DNA from: Paraspadella gotoi
Taxonomy: Eukaryota > Animalia > Chaetognatha
DNA: 64,000 nucleotides
Direction: 5' to 3'
NCBI GenBank assembly: GCA_051294375.1
Contig: CM119268.1
Location: 15,156,172 to 15,220,171 of the forward strand
The notes under the pieces were generated by a model. It was given only the letters and a program-made list of their open reading frames with translations, had not been told where the DNA came from and did no database searches. A program made the translations under genes and the position numbers. Shown piece by piece: positions 28,031 to 42,174 of this stretch (the stretch's first letter is position 1; each line of letters starts with the position of its first letter).

Positions 28031-29579
28031 ACTAAGAGCTCAAACGGGATATAATCTAACGATCTAGAATAAAGCACAACAAATGACTTTAAGACCACCC
28101 GTGTATTGACGATGAGATGACGTTCCTGCCTCTGCTCTACTCGAACCGATGGAGGGCCAAGCGAAATTTCTGCGATCGGAGATGAGGCAGGCAATCGATA
28201 GAGACAGACNNNNNNNNNNNNNNNNNNNNNNNNNGAGAGAGAGAGAGAGAGAGACAGACAGAGAGCGCAAAATAAAAATACAAAAAAAGTAAATCCCGTG
28301 CAAAGATAAACAAGATGGGCGAGGTTGTTACACACAAGTTGGGATGATGGGTCTGGGTCTCTATTCTCATGGCGTTATCTCGATTGAGGTCTAACGTCGT
28401 GATATTGCAATAACGATAGTCTTTAAAATAAAGTTGCATAGTTCTTTTCCTATTTGGTTCCGATATAGATTAGGAGCATTCGGGAATTAGGGCAACCCTC
28501 GATTACCTAATGAAAGTAATGATCGACGACAAAATATGAAAATTCCGCCAAATTCGATCGTCGATTCATTTAATTGATGACAATAGTGATAAATTGTTTG
28601 TGGTGAGCGAAGTAAGCAAGGGAGGACCGCCGACAGAAAGGTAAAAAAACAAGGCGTGGTCAATGAACACTTACGGGGGGGGGAATTATAAAGAGAATTA
28701 ATGAATGAAATAAAAGTTCGTTTGTCTTTGGAAAAAAAAAAGAATTGTTGAAATCGAAATATTTAAAAAAAAATGTTTTGAAGGATGATGTCTTATTGTA
28801 TCGGTCGGTCGGTCGGTCTGCCTGTCGGTACCTCGGTCTTTAATCTTTACCAAATTTAAAAAAAAACTCCGTCTGTTCTAATAAAACGAATATATAATAT
28901 ATATTCTCCATGAATAATTCGGAGATTAATAGTTTAAAAACTGGTTACAGTTCGAGAGTATATTTTTTTTTAAAAAAACCGTTCCGCTTTTCGATATTAC
29001 GATCGTGTCCTTCTATCGATCCTGAACTCGGCAATAAAAATAAAAAGAGTTGTCTTTGCTCTCTCTCTCTCNNNNNNNNNNNNNNNNNNNNNNNNNNNNN
29101 NNNNNNNNNNNNNNNNNNNNNNNNNNNNNNNNNNNNNNNNNNNNNNNNNNNNNNNNNNNNNNNNNNNNNNNNNNNNNNNNNNNNNNNNNNNNNNNNNNNN
29201 NNNNNNNNNNNNNNNNNNNNNNNNNNNNNNNGGGATGAAGGGATGGTTAAAAAGGAAATTAGCATAAAACTTTGATTTGAATCCGGGTTCGCGTACTGAT
29301 AAAATTAAAATAATATAATAAATATAATACAAAATTAAGATAATAAACATGTATACCGATAAAATTTTAACTGGTGAAAATAAATTACATACAATTTTTT
29401 CACCTATATTCCTCAACAAATACGTTCTGCAGCCGTTAAATTTTCAGCGCCAGAACTTGGACTCTGCGATTTTAGTCTGATTTGTGATTCGAGGTTTTGT
29501 GATTCAGCTTCTGCTCCTTTTACGGTCAAGGATCTCGTCGGGGGTTCACCCTTTCCTTCAGAAGACCCGAGTGTGAACC

Positions 29580-29619
<40 letters not shown>

Positions 29620-30169
29620 AGAGCAGCGTAGCCGAGTTTCTGCGCCCTTTGTGATTCAGTGAATCGGCCGACGTTTAGACAAAAAAGGCAAAAGCGTCTT
29701 CGTCGTCATCGTCGCCATCGTCGTCATCGTCGTCGTTATTTCATTTTTAAAAATTTAAATTGTAATGTACCTATATTATTACTCATTAATATTTTTAATT
29801 TTTCATAAACTTTGATCTGCTTAGTCATGATTAATAAAAATTATAAAGCAAAGCATCAAGCCACGAAACATAAAACAATAANNNNNNNNNNNNNNNNNNN
29901 NNNNNNNNNNNNNNNNNNNNNNNNNNNNNNNNNNNNNNNNNNNNNNNNNNNNNNNNNNNNNNNNNNNNNNNNNNNNNNNNNNNNNNNNNNNNNNNNNNNN
30001 NNNNNNNNNNNNNNNNNNNNNNNNNNNNNNNNNNNNNNNNNNNNNNNNNNNNNNNNNNNNNNNNNNNNNNNNNNNNNNNNNNNNNNNNNNNNNNNNNNNN
30101 NNNNNNNNNNNNNNNNNNNNNNNNNNNNNNNNNNNNNNNNNNNNNNNNNNNNNNNNNNNNNNNNNNNNN

Positions 30170-30201
<32 letters not shown>

Positions 30202-30277
30202 TGACGTAATTAGTTGGAAAGGCGAACGAGAAATAAAGGAAAGAAGGAAACTGACGGATTAATTCGCTTAAAGTTTG

Positions 30278-31390
30278 GCAGGCGCCAGACACTTGGGACT
30301 CCTGCGCCATTTCAGGTCCTGAGTTCTGTGATTCAAGGCTTTTGTGAGTTCAGGCTTCGCTGACCTCCTGATTTTACGGGTCAAGGATCTCGTCGGGGGC
30401 TTCCACCTTTCCGTTCAGACCAGACCCCGGAGTGTGAACCCTCAGAGAGAGACGGAGAGAGATGAGGACGTCGCACGGGTCGTGCAACGGTGCCGGGACG
30501 AAGGGCGGGAGGACGAGACGCAGGGAGGGACGAAGAGGCCGAGCGAGAGTGGGAGAGCAGCCGTAAGCCGGCAGGGTTGTCTGCGCGCCCCTTTGTGAGT
30601 TCAGGTTGAATCGCTTCCGGCACGTTCTAGGACAAGGAGAAAGCAAAAAGGCGTCTTCGGTCGTCCATCGTCGCCATTCGTTCCGTCATCGTCGTCCGGG
30701 TGTGGCGCGTTATCTTCATTTTTCTTAAAAAACGTCGTTAAGATTGTAATGCTTCAGCGCGTCAGTCATTCATTACTCGAATTACAGTAGTGTTTAATGC
30801 TTTCAATAAATGGTCTGTGATCTGCCCTTAGTCATGACCTGGCGCTTAATAAATTTATATAAGCAAGAGGCCCATCAAGCCGCACGGGAGAACAGTAAAA
30901 CAATAGAAAAAAAAACAAAGAAAGAATCCGGTTGAAAAATCTCCACCGACGAATGGAGACAAGAGCACATCCCCGTTAAGGATTTCCGGGCTGTCCAACT
31001 GGCTCGACCGAGCGAAACGATTGGAGGGCAGACAAACAAGCCAGGAGGGTCTCAAAAAACGACGGGAGGATGGAGAAAATTTCCGGCCGGGGCCGAGAAC
31101 GAGCGAGTGAGATGTGACCGGCACAATGCGAACTTTCCAGGGGAGAACAAAAAAAAAGCACACCTGAGCAGAGGGAAAGAGAGAGAGAGCAGACGGCAGA
31201 AGAGGGGGAGCAAGAGCAGGAGAGGATGGAGAGGAAGAGCGAGAGCGAGAGCGAGAAGGAATGAGTGAAGATAAGAGAGAGAGACAGATGAGAGAGACTG
31301 AGAGGAAAGTGACCGGCCTCGTAATGTAGCTATGGAAAGGCGAACGCCAGAAATAAGGAATAGAAGCGAAAACTGACGCGGCATTAATTT
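30278..31390 (+). repeat. Insertion-rich degraded tandem copy of ~29445-30265 (probable long-read artefact)
   Basis: Colinear anchors GCGCCAGA, GGTCAAGGATCTCGTCGGGGG, GAGTGTGAACCC, GCGCCC.TTTGTGA, TTAGTCATGA, CATCAAGCC, GGAAAGGCGAACG and AAACTGACG. Differences are dominated by single-base insertions. Confidence 0.9.
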
Positions 31391-33788
31391 AAAAAAAATA
31401 CGAGTAGCAAACTGATCGCCAAGACCATTTTTGTATTTTTGTTATTTGTTTTTTATCTTCTCTGTGACTCCGTTGAAAAAAATACGTACCCCTTTAACAA
31501 TGCATTTTAGAAAAAGTGTGCGTATGCGTGCGCGAGAGGAAGACGAGAGAGAGAGAGATGAGCAAGCCAGACCAGAGAGGAGAGATGAGAGAAGAGACGA
31601 GAGCAGAGAGCAGAGAGAGAGAGAGAGAAGCCGGAGGGTTTTGATTTTTTGTGATGTGCACATGGCATGGCATGCGATTTGAAGTGACCTGCGGCGAAAC
31701 CCACCCCCCAGTAAAGACCCCCAGATTCGCCTGACCATTCGGGGCTCGCCGGAAAGGCGCGCGCGTTAGGGGGGAGGCGGGGGGTTTGGGTTGCNNNNNN
31801 NNNNNNNNNNNNNNNNNNNTGGGATTGCACTTCGAAGGATGAGGGTTGGGGAAGGTTGGTTGTTTTCGCCCGCAGTCGATGCTCAAACGGTTCGTTGACG
31901 CAAAGAGAAAGATCGAAAGCTGGAGTTCAATCCGGATCTCTTTGCTTAGTTTCATTATTTTTTTTTAATTCGTTTTGTAAAAACAAAGTTAGAAGGTAAA
32001 AGGGACGCACTATTGACATCGAGGGAAAAATTCATTATTTGGGGAAATCTATACCTATACATTAGTTTGTAAGAAACTACTGTCAAAATATTAATAGTGA
32101 CGAACTGTCATTTGATAAAAAGTAAAAAAAGGCGCATGATTCACACCCTCTACTGACAGCCCTATCCCCGTTTCCGGGTTCTTCATTAGTCGACTACCGA
32201 CCGACCGACTACTCTCTTAGCTCTTAACTATTTTACGCTACCCAAACTAAATATAAAGCTGTCATGTTTTTAATTCTTTGCCGTTCTCATGTACTGCGAT
32301 TATTTTTTTTTTTTTTAGTATTTATATTTTTTTGTTTTAGTTACGTATTTGTTTTCATATTAATTTCGATTTCTGTTTTAGTTTACGTTTTATTTATTGT
32401 TTTACTTTTACCTAGTTTTATTTATTTATTTTTTGACACAACAGGAAGTGGGTTAAATCGAATCAAGGACAAGTAAGAAGAGCGATGCTTCCGGAAAAAA
32501 AAAGTCGAGGTATGGGAGCGTCTATGGTATTCGACACCATGAAATATTTCGGCGGCTCGAACGACGCCCGTCGTCTGCGTCATCGTCGCTGTCATAGTCG
32601 TCGTCATCGTCGTCGTCGTTCGTCCCCACAAAAATTCAATGAGTCGCGACGCGAAAATAACGAGGGGATGATTCAACGTTTGAAAACAGGGATAGAATAA
32701 AAAGATTGAAAGAAAGGGAGAAATAAAGAAATAAAGAATATAAATAAAATAGAAAGAAATAATAATTTCTCAAACTGATATTTTTTTTCTCATTATTTTC
32801 TGGCGACAATTAAATCGATCAATGGCTCCACTTTCACTAGTTGGAAGACGTGGATTATTGGATAAAGAGAGATTAAAAATAATGAAAACAGTCAAGGTGC
32901 CAAGCTTGCCAGCTTGCTGATAGCGGTCGTCTCAGGCACAATTTCAAAATCGGCTTTAAGAAGCTTCCAGATTCTTAGCGTTTCAGTCACTATTTATACT
33001 ATTTATCAAATTAATATAAAACTAAATAATCTTTTATAATCTTTAGAGGATATAGATGGGATTTGTTTTTTGTTTACTAGAGATTCTTTCCCTCCTAAAG
33101 ATAGAGGTCGCTTCTCTCTATTTCCCAATGCAACGTCCTTTTCGAATTCAATTGATCACATTACAATCCTTCGGGGTCGCGTCCGTCGAGTCAGCCTTCA
33201 CCGGAGGTCGCAATCTCCCGCGAGCGGGCGCCACGCGTCCTTGCGCGGGCGACGCGGTGAATTCGGCCTCGGGCTCCCGAGGTCGATCTCGCCAAGGCGA
33301 TGTCCTTTAAACGTCGTGATCACTCGAGGGGCAGCGTCTCCTTGTTACTATTTCTTAGTCTCGATGATATTTTTGTATTGTCGAGTTTCACAATTTTAAA
33401 CCCCGAGGGTTGTCCGATTGAACGCTTTGATCAGTGGTCTTAGCTGGGACGTCGTGGGACGATTAAGTTTCCTCGACCTTCAGATTCGGATGAAACCAAA
33501 TGTTCAGTCAACCGAGTTTGCTCTTGCTCCGTCGGACTTGACTTTCCACACGTCGACAATTATTGCCCTTTGTTTTTGTTTTGTTTTGCTTTGTGTTTTT
33601 TTTTTTTTGCAACTCATAATTTTCGATGTCCGTCTCTTGATTGTAATTTTGATTGTAATTTGTAGTTGACTTTGTCCTTCAAAAGCTTAGTCGCTTACTT
33701 TCGTGGTGTTTTCTTATTTTCTTCATTTATTTTTTTACTTCAAATTTCCTTTCTCTTCTATCTTTTTTTCTTTTTATCCTTAATACAT

Positions 33789-33875
<87 letters not shown>

Positions 33876-36800
33876 CTTTTTCATTCTTTCTTTCGTTCTT
33901 TTTTTCTTTCTCTTTTTCTTTCTCTCTTTCATTCTTTCTTTCTTTGTTTTTTTCTTTCTTTGTTTCTTTCTTTCTTTGTTTCTTTTTTTCTTTCTTTCTT
34001 TTTTTCTTCACTGTCTCAGCTCTCCGACACAACCGACGCGAAGGGTTTAAAATATTCGAATATTTTGAATATCCTTAATTATTTTTTTTTTCCGTCGGCA
34101 GGAAGACGAGTTGTTGTCCCTTAAATGTCTCGAACGCCGTTAATCCACATTGTCCGACGAGGCCGAGAGAAAAATGATCTCATGTTCCTCTTTCTCTCTT
34201 TTTCTGTAATTTCTTTTATTTTGAAACTCACCTCGACGTTTATGAAACCGAGTGGGGACCCTCACCTTTCCCGCTCGATAGGGGTAACGTTTGAAGGGGG
34301 ACCAGCAGAAAACCGGGGCGATTCTGAAGGTTGAGAATCAAGTNNNNNNNNNNNNNNNNNNNNNNNNNNNNNNNNNNNNNNNNNNNNNNNNNNNNNNNNN
34401 NNNNNNNNNNNNNNNNNNNNNNNNNNNNNNNNNNNNNNNNNNNNNNNNNNNNNNNNNNNNNNNNNNNNNNNNNNNNNNNNNNNNNNNNNNNNNNNNNNNN
34501 NNNNNNNNNNNNNNNNNNNNNNNNNNNNNNNNNNNNNNNNNNNNNNNNNNNNNNNNNNNNNNNNNNNNNNNNNNNNNNNNNNNNNNNNNNNNNNNNNNNN
34601 NNNNNNNNNNNNNNNNNNNNNNNNNNNNNNNNNNNNNNNNNNNNNNNNNNNNNNNNNNNNNNNNNNNNNNNNNNNNNNNNNNNNNNNNNNNNNNNNNNNN
34701 NNNNNNNNNNNNNNNNNNNNNNNNNNNNNNNNNNNNNNNNNNNNNNNNNNNNNNNNNNNNNNNNNNNNNNNNNNNNNNNNNNNNNNNNNNNNNNNNNNNN
34801 NNNNNNNNNNNNNNNNNNNNNNNNNNNNNNNNNNNNNNNNNNNNNNNNNNNNNNNNNNNNNNNNNNNNNNNNNNNNNNNNNNNNNNNNNNNNNNNNNNNN
34901 NNNNNNNNNNNNNNNNNNNNNNNNNNNNNNNNNNNNNNNNNNNNNNNNNNNNNNNNNNNNNNNNNNNNNNNNNNNNNNNNNNNNNNNNNNNNNNNNNNNN
35001 NNNNNNNNNNNNNNNNNNNNNNNNNNNNNNNNNNNNNNNNNNNNNNNNNNNNGAGAGAGAGAGAGAGAGAGAGAGATCATATCGACGAAACTCGGAAGGC
35101 AGGAGGTTTAAAAGCTCTCCACAGTTCGGTCTCTTATGATTCAGTCTTTTTCCCGCGATCCAACCAACAATTTTTTTTTAGCTCGCGTTTTCGAAAGTAA
35201 AAAAAAAATAATCCCAAATTTTAACTATTAATGTTTGCACCTTACCGAAACAAAAAACGACGACAACAACAACAACGACAAGATTTAAAATTTTTAATAC
35301 TTTTTGGTTTCGTCGTCAATTTTATTCAGAGTTTGTTCTTCTGTTTGCGAATCCTCATCTTAAAAAATAATAAGGTTTTTTAATGCGTCCACGTCCAGTC
35401 GCGGATCTCATCTCTCAACTCCCGACTCATATTCGAAAGTCTTTTGTTTTGACAACCCATCAAAAAAAAAATATTAAGTTTTGAGAAAATTAAAAACATT
35501 AAATAGATCGAGTTTCTTTCGAGCGAGCGGAAAAAAGCTATATGCGTTTGATGGCAATGAATTAAAAATAATTAATTTGCGAAAAATTATTGAAACGCAA
35601 ATGATCAGAAGCAAAAAAAAAATTGTTATTAGAATGATATGTATTTTGATGATTAGATTTACTATGATAAATGCAGAACAATATTTAGAACCACATATGC
35701 CATCGTCAGTGAAAAAAAAAACTTAATGTGATAATGATCAAAAAATAATTTTGAGAAGAAAGAGAGAGAAAAGTACCCAAATGTTTGATCGCATCTGATC
35801 AAAGTCAATTTTATATCGTCCTATTATCAAAATAAGATTATTTACTTTATTTATTTATTTTTTGCCAAATTAACGCGTTCTCCTTGAAAACTTGTTTAGA
35901 ACAAAAGAACAAACAACAAAGAACAAAATAGTGTTGTACGGCAGCTTGATTCTCCACGGCGAGTGCAAAAACGATTTATCCAAAAACTGAAAAAGACAAA
36001 ATGAGACAAAAAAAGGCGATTACAATTCAAACAAATCTTTTTGGCCGATCGATCCACGCCCATATTTTTTCCCCTTCATCTCTCTCTCTCTCTCTCTTTT
36101 GAAAACAACTCATTTTCTCCCTCAACTATCACGTTGCGTCTCCCCCCTCGTCCTTGGACGTCAGTTTAAAAAAANNNNNNNNNNNNNNNNNNNNNNNNNN
36201 NNNNNNNNNNNNNNNNNNNNNNNNNNNNNNNNNNNNNNNNNNNNNNNNNNNNNNNNNNNNNNNNNNNNNNNNNNNNNNNNNNNNNNNNNNNNNNNNNNNN
36301 NNNNNNNNNNNNNNNNNNNNNNNNNNNNNNNNNNNNNNNNNNNNNNNNNNNNNNNNNNNNNNNNNNNNNNNNNNNNNNNNNNNNNNNNNNNNNNNNNNNN
36401 NNNNNNNNNNNNNNNNNNNNNNNNNNNNNNNNNNNNNNNNNNNNNNNNNNNNNNNNNNNNNNNNNNNNNNNNNNNNNNNNNNNNNNNNNNNNNNNNNNNN
36501 NNNNNNNNNNNNNNNNNNNNNNNNNNNNNNNNGAAAGTACTCCGCATGCTATTGGATGTATCGAAATCAAAAGCACCGCGTGAAGGGAAGCAGAGAGTAT
36601 TACGACGAAGATGACGACGACAACGACGACCTGGACACAAACGAAGCAATATGACGTACAAGCGTAGTTTAATGTAGGCGAAGCATGCTTCGGATGATAC
36701 AACTTGATAGATTTGCCTGTCGGTGGAAAAAAAACATTTTTTTTAAACTTGATTTTAAAATTTCGTTACTTTCGGACTTGTTGCTGTTGTTCTTTCCTTG

Positions 36801-37506
36801 TAAATTGAAACCAACTAACGTTTTGAGCTGTTATTTAATTAACGAAGACTTTTATAATGGTACTGACTTACTTTTTTTGGAAAAATGTGAGTGCTAATCA
36901 GATCTGTTCTGCCTCAATCCATATTAGAAAGTCGTAACTTTCATAAATGTTAAATAATAAAAAATAATTATTCCTTTATTCTTTTCAAGAAGAGTCAACC
37001 TTGTTTTAAGATTATATATTCTAATTAATAATTATAATGAAAGAAAGAATAACCAAACAACTCAGTCTCATCTGGCAAACCCAGGCTGCTGGGACTGTTT
37101 TTGTCCGGAGGCTCTTTGTCCGAACGAGTGAATCGAGGTTGAGACTAGAAATCTTAAGAAGAGGAAAATGTCAACTCATAATCAAGGGGAAGAGGAAGAG
37201 GAAGAGGATCGAGCCGGAGAAAGAAAAAAAGAAAAATAGCGAGTAGGTTTTTCTTTGTTTGGTTTTTTTTTCTCGGGGAAACCGAAAGGGCGAGAGAGAA
37301 AGAGAGAAAAGGAAAAGTAAAGATTAAGACTGAGGGGTTAGATTTTCTTTGTCTAGGACCAATCTTTTCTCTCTCTCTCTCTCTACCACTCTTTTTCTCT
37401 TTCTCTCTCTCTCTTTTACTCACTATCATAAACAGTTGGTCACGAGGAAGAGAGTGTATATCGCATTACTTTAAAAGAAACAATAGTTACAAATCTGACC
37501 TCTCTC

Positions 37507-37540
<34 letters not shown>

Positions 37541-39442
37541 ACTTACACCACACCACACACGCACACACCAAAGAGTACATGTAAGAACTTTTTTCTAACC
37601 CTAATCTTCATAATTTTGCATAAACATTTATTCCCCACCCGCACTTCTGAAAATAAAAAAACAAACAAAAAAACCAAAAAAAAAACAAAAAAAAAAACAA
37701 AAAACTTGCCATCAACTAAAAAATTTTGTAAAGAAAAAGACAATTGAATAAAATATATTTTTAAGGATCATTTTATTTTCAATCAATCTTTAAATACAAT
37801 AATATTTAAAAAAAATTATTCGGAAAGGTAACCTAAAAAAACTTTTCTCTGCGTCGTAGTGCATGTGGTTATTGAGTTATATTAGTTTATACTAGTTTCT
37901 CCCAAAATTACCAGATTTCGAAGTAGTATTGGTTTGACAAGGATACATTATTTAGCAACGCTTTCAGCGTGGCATCCCTTAAAGCCCACATTTAAAAACT
38001 ATGGGAAATAGAAAAAAAACAACGAACAAAGGTTTCGACTAAGCCTCGTTTCGCCAATGATATCGTTGCCGGATTTGTTCGATCACAGAGGTCGAACGGT
38101 CGACTGACTATAGGTGAGGTCGAAAATCGGGTTCTTAACTTACCTAGCTCATGACTATTCAGTCTGGTAAGTCGATAAAAAATTTACCACATTGGTCAGT
38201 GACCCTTGGTCACTCTGTCTATAGTTTTTTTTATAGAAAAAGTTGAATTATAAATACGAAAATACTAAGACTAACGTATTTTCCTCGGATGGAGAGCTGT
38301 TTCGGCAAAACAATCTTGTTCCTCCTGCCACATAGTCCAGAATTGTTAAAGGGTCTGTCCCAGTTCTTTTTCTCAAAAAATAATCAAAGATTCGGGTCAA
38401 ATCCTCGCGCGTCGCTTTCCAAAATCGCTACTGGTCATCGGGTTCACACTATCGGTTACCATGGTTACCATGATTCTTGAGTCTTGGTTTTTCTCGCTGA
38501 TAAGTAAGACATTATGCGTGGTGAGATCACGATATAACGTCGGTCGAGTAAAAATAGTATGTGTGTAAGACTCTCCGATCACTGCCCCAGTGCCCACTGC
38601 CCCGTGCCCTTTGCCCACTGCCCAGTGCCCACTTTACCCATTGCTCTTTTTTTTCACCAATAACCACGGCCGGTCACTGGTTATTGGTCAGCTTATCTTC
38701 TCTGATAAAATCTTTTAGCGCCTCGTCTTCAAGCCCGTCTTCTATAGATTCCGTTACCGCTTTATAACGGTAAAAACTCGCTAAGCCGTCAATGCTATTT
38801 AATATTTTTCGTAGAAACGTCACGGGCTGGCGTCCAAACGATGAAGAGCTGAACAAAAATTTAAAAACACTAACTCGTTATTACTACCTTTTAATATCAT
38901 TTTAATATTACAAATAAATTATTAAAGAAAACTTTAAAAACGCCCAAAGTATTTTTATTTTCCTGGATTCTTCATGTTTTTTCTAAATCCATTCTTAGCA
39001 TATCTCTCACTCTTTTCAGCTTTCTCTCTTTTTTCTTTTCTATCTCTTATTATTTTTTTTTCTCTTACTCGTGTTGCTTTTAACTTTTTATTATCTCTTT
39101 CTTCCCAATGCCTATGATCTTTTTCAACGGATATTCTTTCTCTTCTTTCTTACGTTAACTCTGTTTTGCTTGCATTATCTCTGGCTTTTTTCTCCCTTTT
39201 TCCTTCTCGCTCCATTTCTTTCGCTCTTTTTCTATCTTGCTTCTCTTGCCTTCCCTCTCCGTTTTCTCCCGCTACCCTACCGCTACCCTACCGCTACCCC
39301 TTCATCTATCCCCAAGCCTTCTTCTATCCCCTCTATCGGGATGCAGGAAAATTTTCTGCTCGAGAGAGAGACGGAGAGACGGAGAGAGGGAGGAGCCAAG
39401 AATCGAACAGCTGCGTTCGGATGCTGCGTGCGTCCGCCGCGC

Positions 39443-39519
39443 GTCACGTGATTGGATCCTTAGAGTCACGTGACGGCAAATCTTGCGGTCACGTGGTCAC
39501 ACAATCGCGGTCACGTGAC
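39443..39519. promoter_or_regulatory. Cluster of four GTCACGTG E-boxes (USF/TFE-type) plus an inverted CCAAT box
   Basis: GTCACGTG at 39443, 39465, 39488 and 39510; two of these are the full palindrome GTCACGTGAC. ATTGG at 39451. The spacers differ from each other. The cluster lies 4.4 kb upstream of the NLK ATG. Confidence 0.55.
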
Positions 39520-39708
39520 CACAAAATCGTCGTCAATTTTCGAGGTCGAACGGACAGAGAGGGAGAGGGAGAGAGAGAGAGAGAGAGAGAGAGTCTGAGG
39601 GGAGCGCGATTCAAGAGTGGGAAATGTAGAAAAGTCGATCTTCTTTCGAAAAAAAACAATTGATTTTTTCAGTTTGACCTCATTTTTTTTAAAATCCACC
39701 TGCGCATG

Positions 39709-39774
<66 letters not shown>

Positions 39775-40694
39775 CTATCTCTCCTCTCTCTCTCTCTCTC
39801 ATCTCCCCTTTCTTTAAAAAAGGTGCCATGTGTTAGATTTCGCGTTCAAAATGTCTCCGATCAGCGATTTTTTTCTCTCGCGTCAAAAAACCAAAATTCC
39901 TTTTTTCGACGAACAACGACGAGTTCGACGGTCATTGTTGTTTTTGGAGTCGCCTCATTTCGCCGCGGCCTCTCGATCTCATTCCTACAATTTCTAAGCG
40001 AATATTTTTCTTCTTGGATTTCTCTTCAAAAAAAGATGTATTTTATAAAATAAGAGAGAAGAGGAAAGTCGTCGATGCTGATAAAATTTCGAGTTGCTAA
40101 TTAAAAAGTGATAAAGTATCAAGGCTTCTTTCGGCTCCGATTATGAAAAAAGTTCACAATTTTTAAAATCTATTTTCAAAAATCTTATTTTTTACACCTT
40201 CGGCTAAGCAGAAATGAAAACATTGTCGTACACTCTAAGTAAAACAACCAATATAATAATGCGCTTCGTTTTCAAAACAAATTGTTGATAACTGCAAAAA
40301 TTACAGCACACTGAACCATCGCTCTGTTGGACATTTGACTGTCGGCTTTAAATTTGTTGCACATAAAGTGTGTTATCGCAGCGTCCACTTAGTCTCACGG
40401 CGTCAACATCGAATCTGCAGCGCCGGTTTTCGTCCTAAAACCCAAATTGAACATCGTTTCAAGTTTTGTACCCAAACAAAAAACCAAACCACAAGACTTT
40501 CCTCTTTTTTTTTTAATCCACCGAATGTCGACTTTTTCCCTTTTCACTCCCTACAGGAAAGAGAGAGAGAGAGAGAGAGAAATTCCTCGAAATGTAAATC
40601 GTTTTTAAAACCTTTTTTCTTCTCTTCTCAATCGGATCTACTATCGTTTTCCCTTTATTTTCCTTTTTTATTTCGTCATTGTCTCTCGTTTCCG

Positions 40695-40750
<56 letters not shown>

Positions 40751-41409
40751 CTCTCTCCTCTCTCTCTTCTCTCTCTCTCTCTCTCCTTCCATCACAGGCA
40801 AAGCAACTGTACGCGGATGTGCAATGGATGTGCACTTACAAGAACTCAAACTTCTCTGACCGGCACCTCTCTCCTTCGTCAACGCTCGGAGGCGGATTTA
40901 CAACTGCGCCTGGAAATTTGACTGGCATTACTCTCTAGGATCCGGCGGAGGTATCGAGAACGCTCGGCGCCAATCCGCTTAATTTTTTTCAGCGATAAAT
41001 CGTACTTACCTCTTACGCCAAGCCAGTCACGACTCCAACCTCACCTCTTTTTTTTTATTCACACTTTAGTTTTCTTCCTTTTCTCCGTCTATATATCAGT
41101 CTATATATCTATATCTATTTCTTTCTGTCTCTTTGTCGTAAAAAATTGTTTGAATTCTAAGGTTTAGACTTTTTACCTTTGAATCATCTGGAAAAACAAG
41201 CGACCGTCAGCTTGTAAAACTAAACGCCAAACTTTGCAGATTAACAAAATTTAAAATAAAAAAATCTAAACTTTATGATAAAATCGTCGACATGAGGAAA
41301 AACAATGACGAACGCGAGAAACAGAGGGTGTAAAAAAACGTGAATTTGCGTGTCACTGCGAAATCATGGAACAGGAGCCACGTTTAGAAAAAGAATAGAA
41401 GTGGGTGGG

Positions 41410-41464
<55 letters not shown>

Positions 41465-41561
41465 GCGCGTGATTCACGTTTTTAAAATTGCGCAGTTCGA
41501 GGCGCCATGCGCGCCAGGTGATTAAGCGCCTGTCCTCGTCAACATACGATTTATTATTAAT

Positions 41562-41602
<41 letters not shown>

Positions 41603-42143
41603 CTGCCCTTTTTTATTATGCATTTTATTATTATTTAATATTTATTTAATTTTCATTATTAATGCTTCTCTTTCTCGCGCTAATTCTTTAATTTTTATAT
41701 TTAAAAAATATCGCCTTGTAAAGATTATGTTTTTTCATAAGCTTGTCTTAATTAAGCTACTTCGTTTTTGACTACGGAATTTATAAAAAAAGGATGTAAT
41801 TACAACCGATTTGATTCTTACTTCCGCTCAAGTAATTATTTCTAATTCTTACTTCTAACATCTAAGTACCAATTTCTCAATAATCGTTCGATTACGTCTG
41901 AGAATGCTCAAGTCGTTAGTCTTCGTCGTCGCCTTTGTCGCATCTGTCGTCGTCGTCGTCGTTGTCATCATCGTATGCATGACAGTTTCACGTCTCTCGA
42001 CAAAAAAAAACCCGAGAAAATAAAAGGCGAGTTGGACGACAGCAGTCCGGACTGAATCGTACGAAAAAGAGAATGGAGAGCAAAAGAAGGGAAAAAAGAG
42101 AACTCTCCGATTCATCAACTGAGATCCAGACAAAAACACGAAC

Positions 42144-42174
<31 letters not shown>

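Noticed and set aside
38455-38468. Near-perfect X-box GTTACCATGGTTAC
   Set aside because: It arises from a 9-bp tandem duplication (GGTTACCAT x2) and is not near a recognised ciliary gene start.
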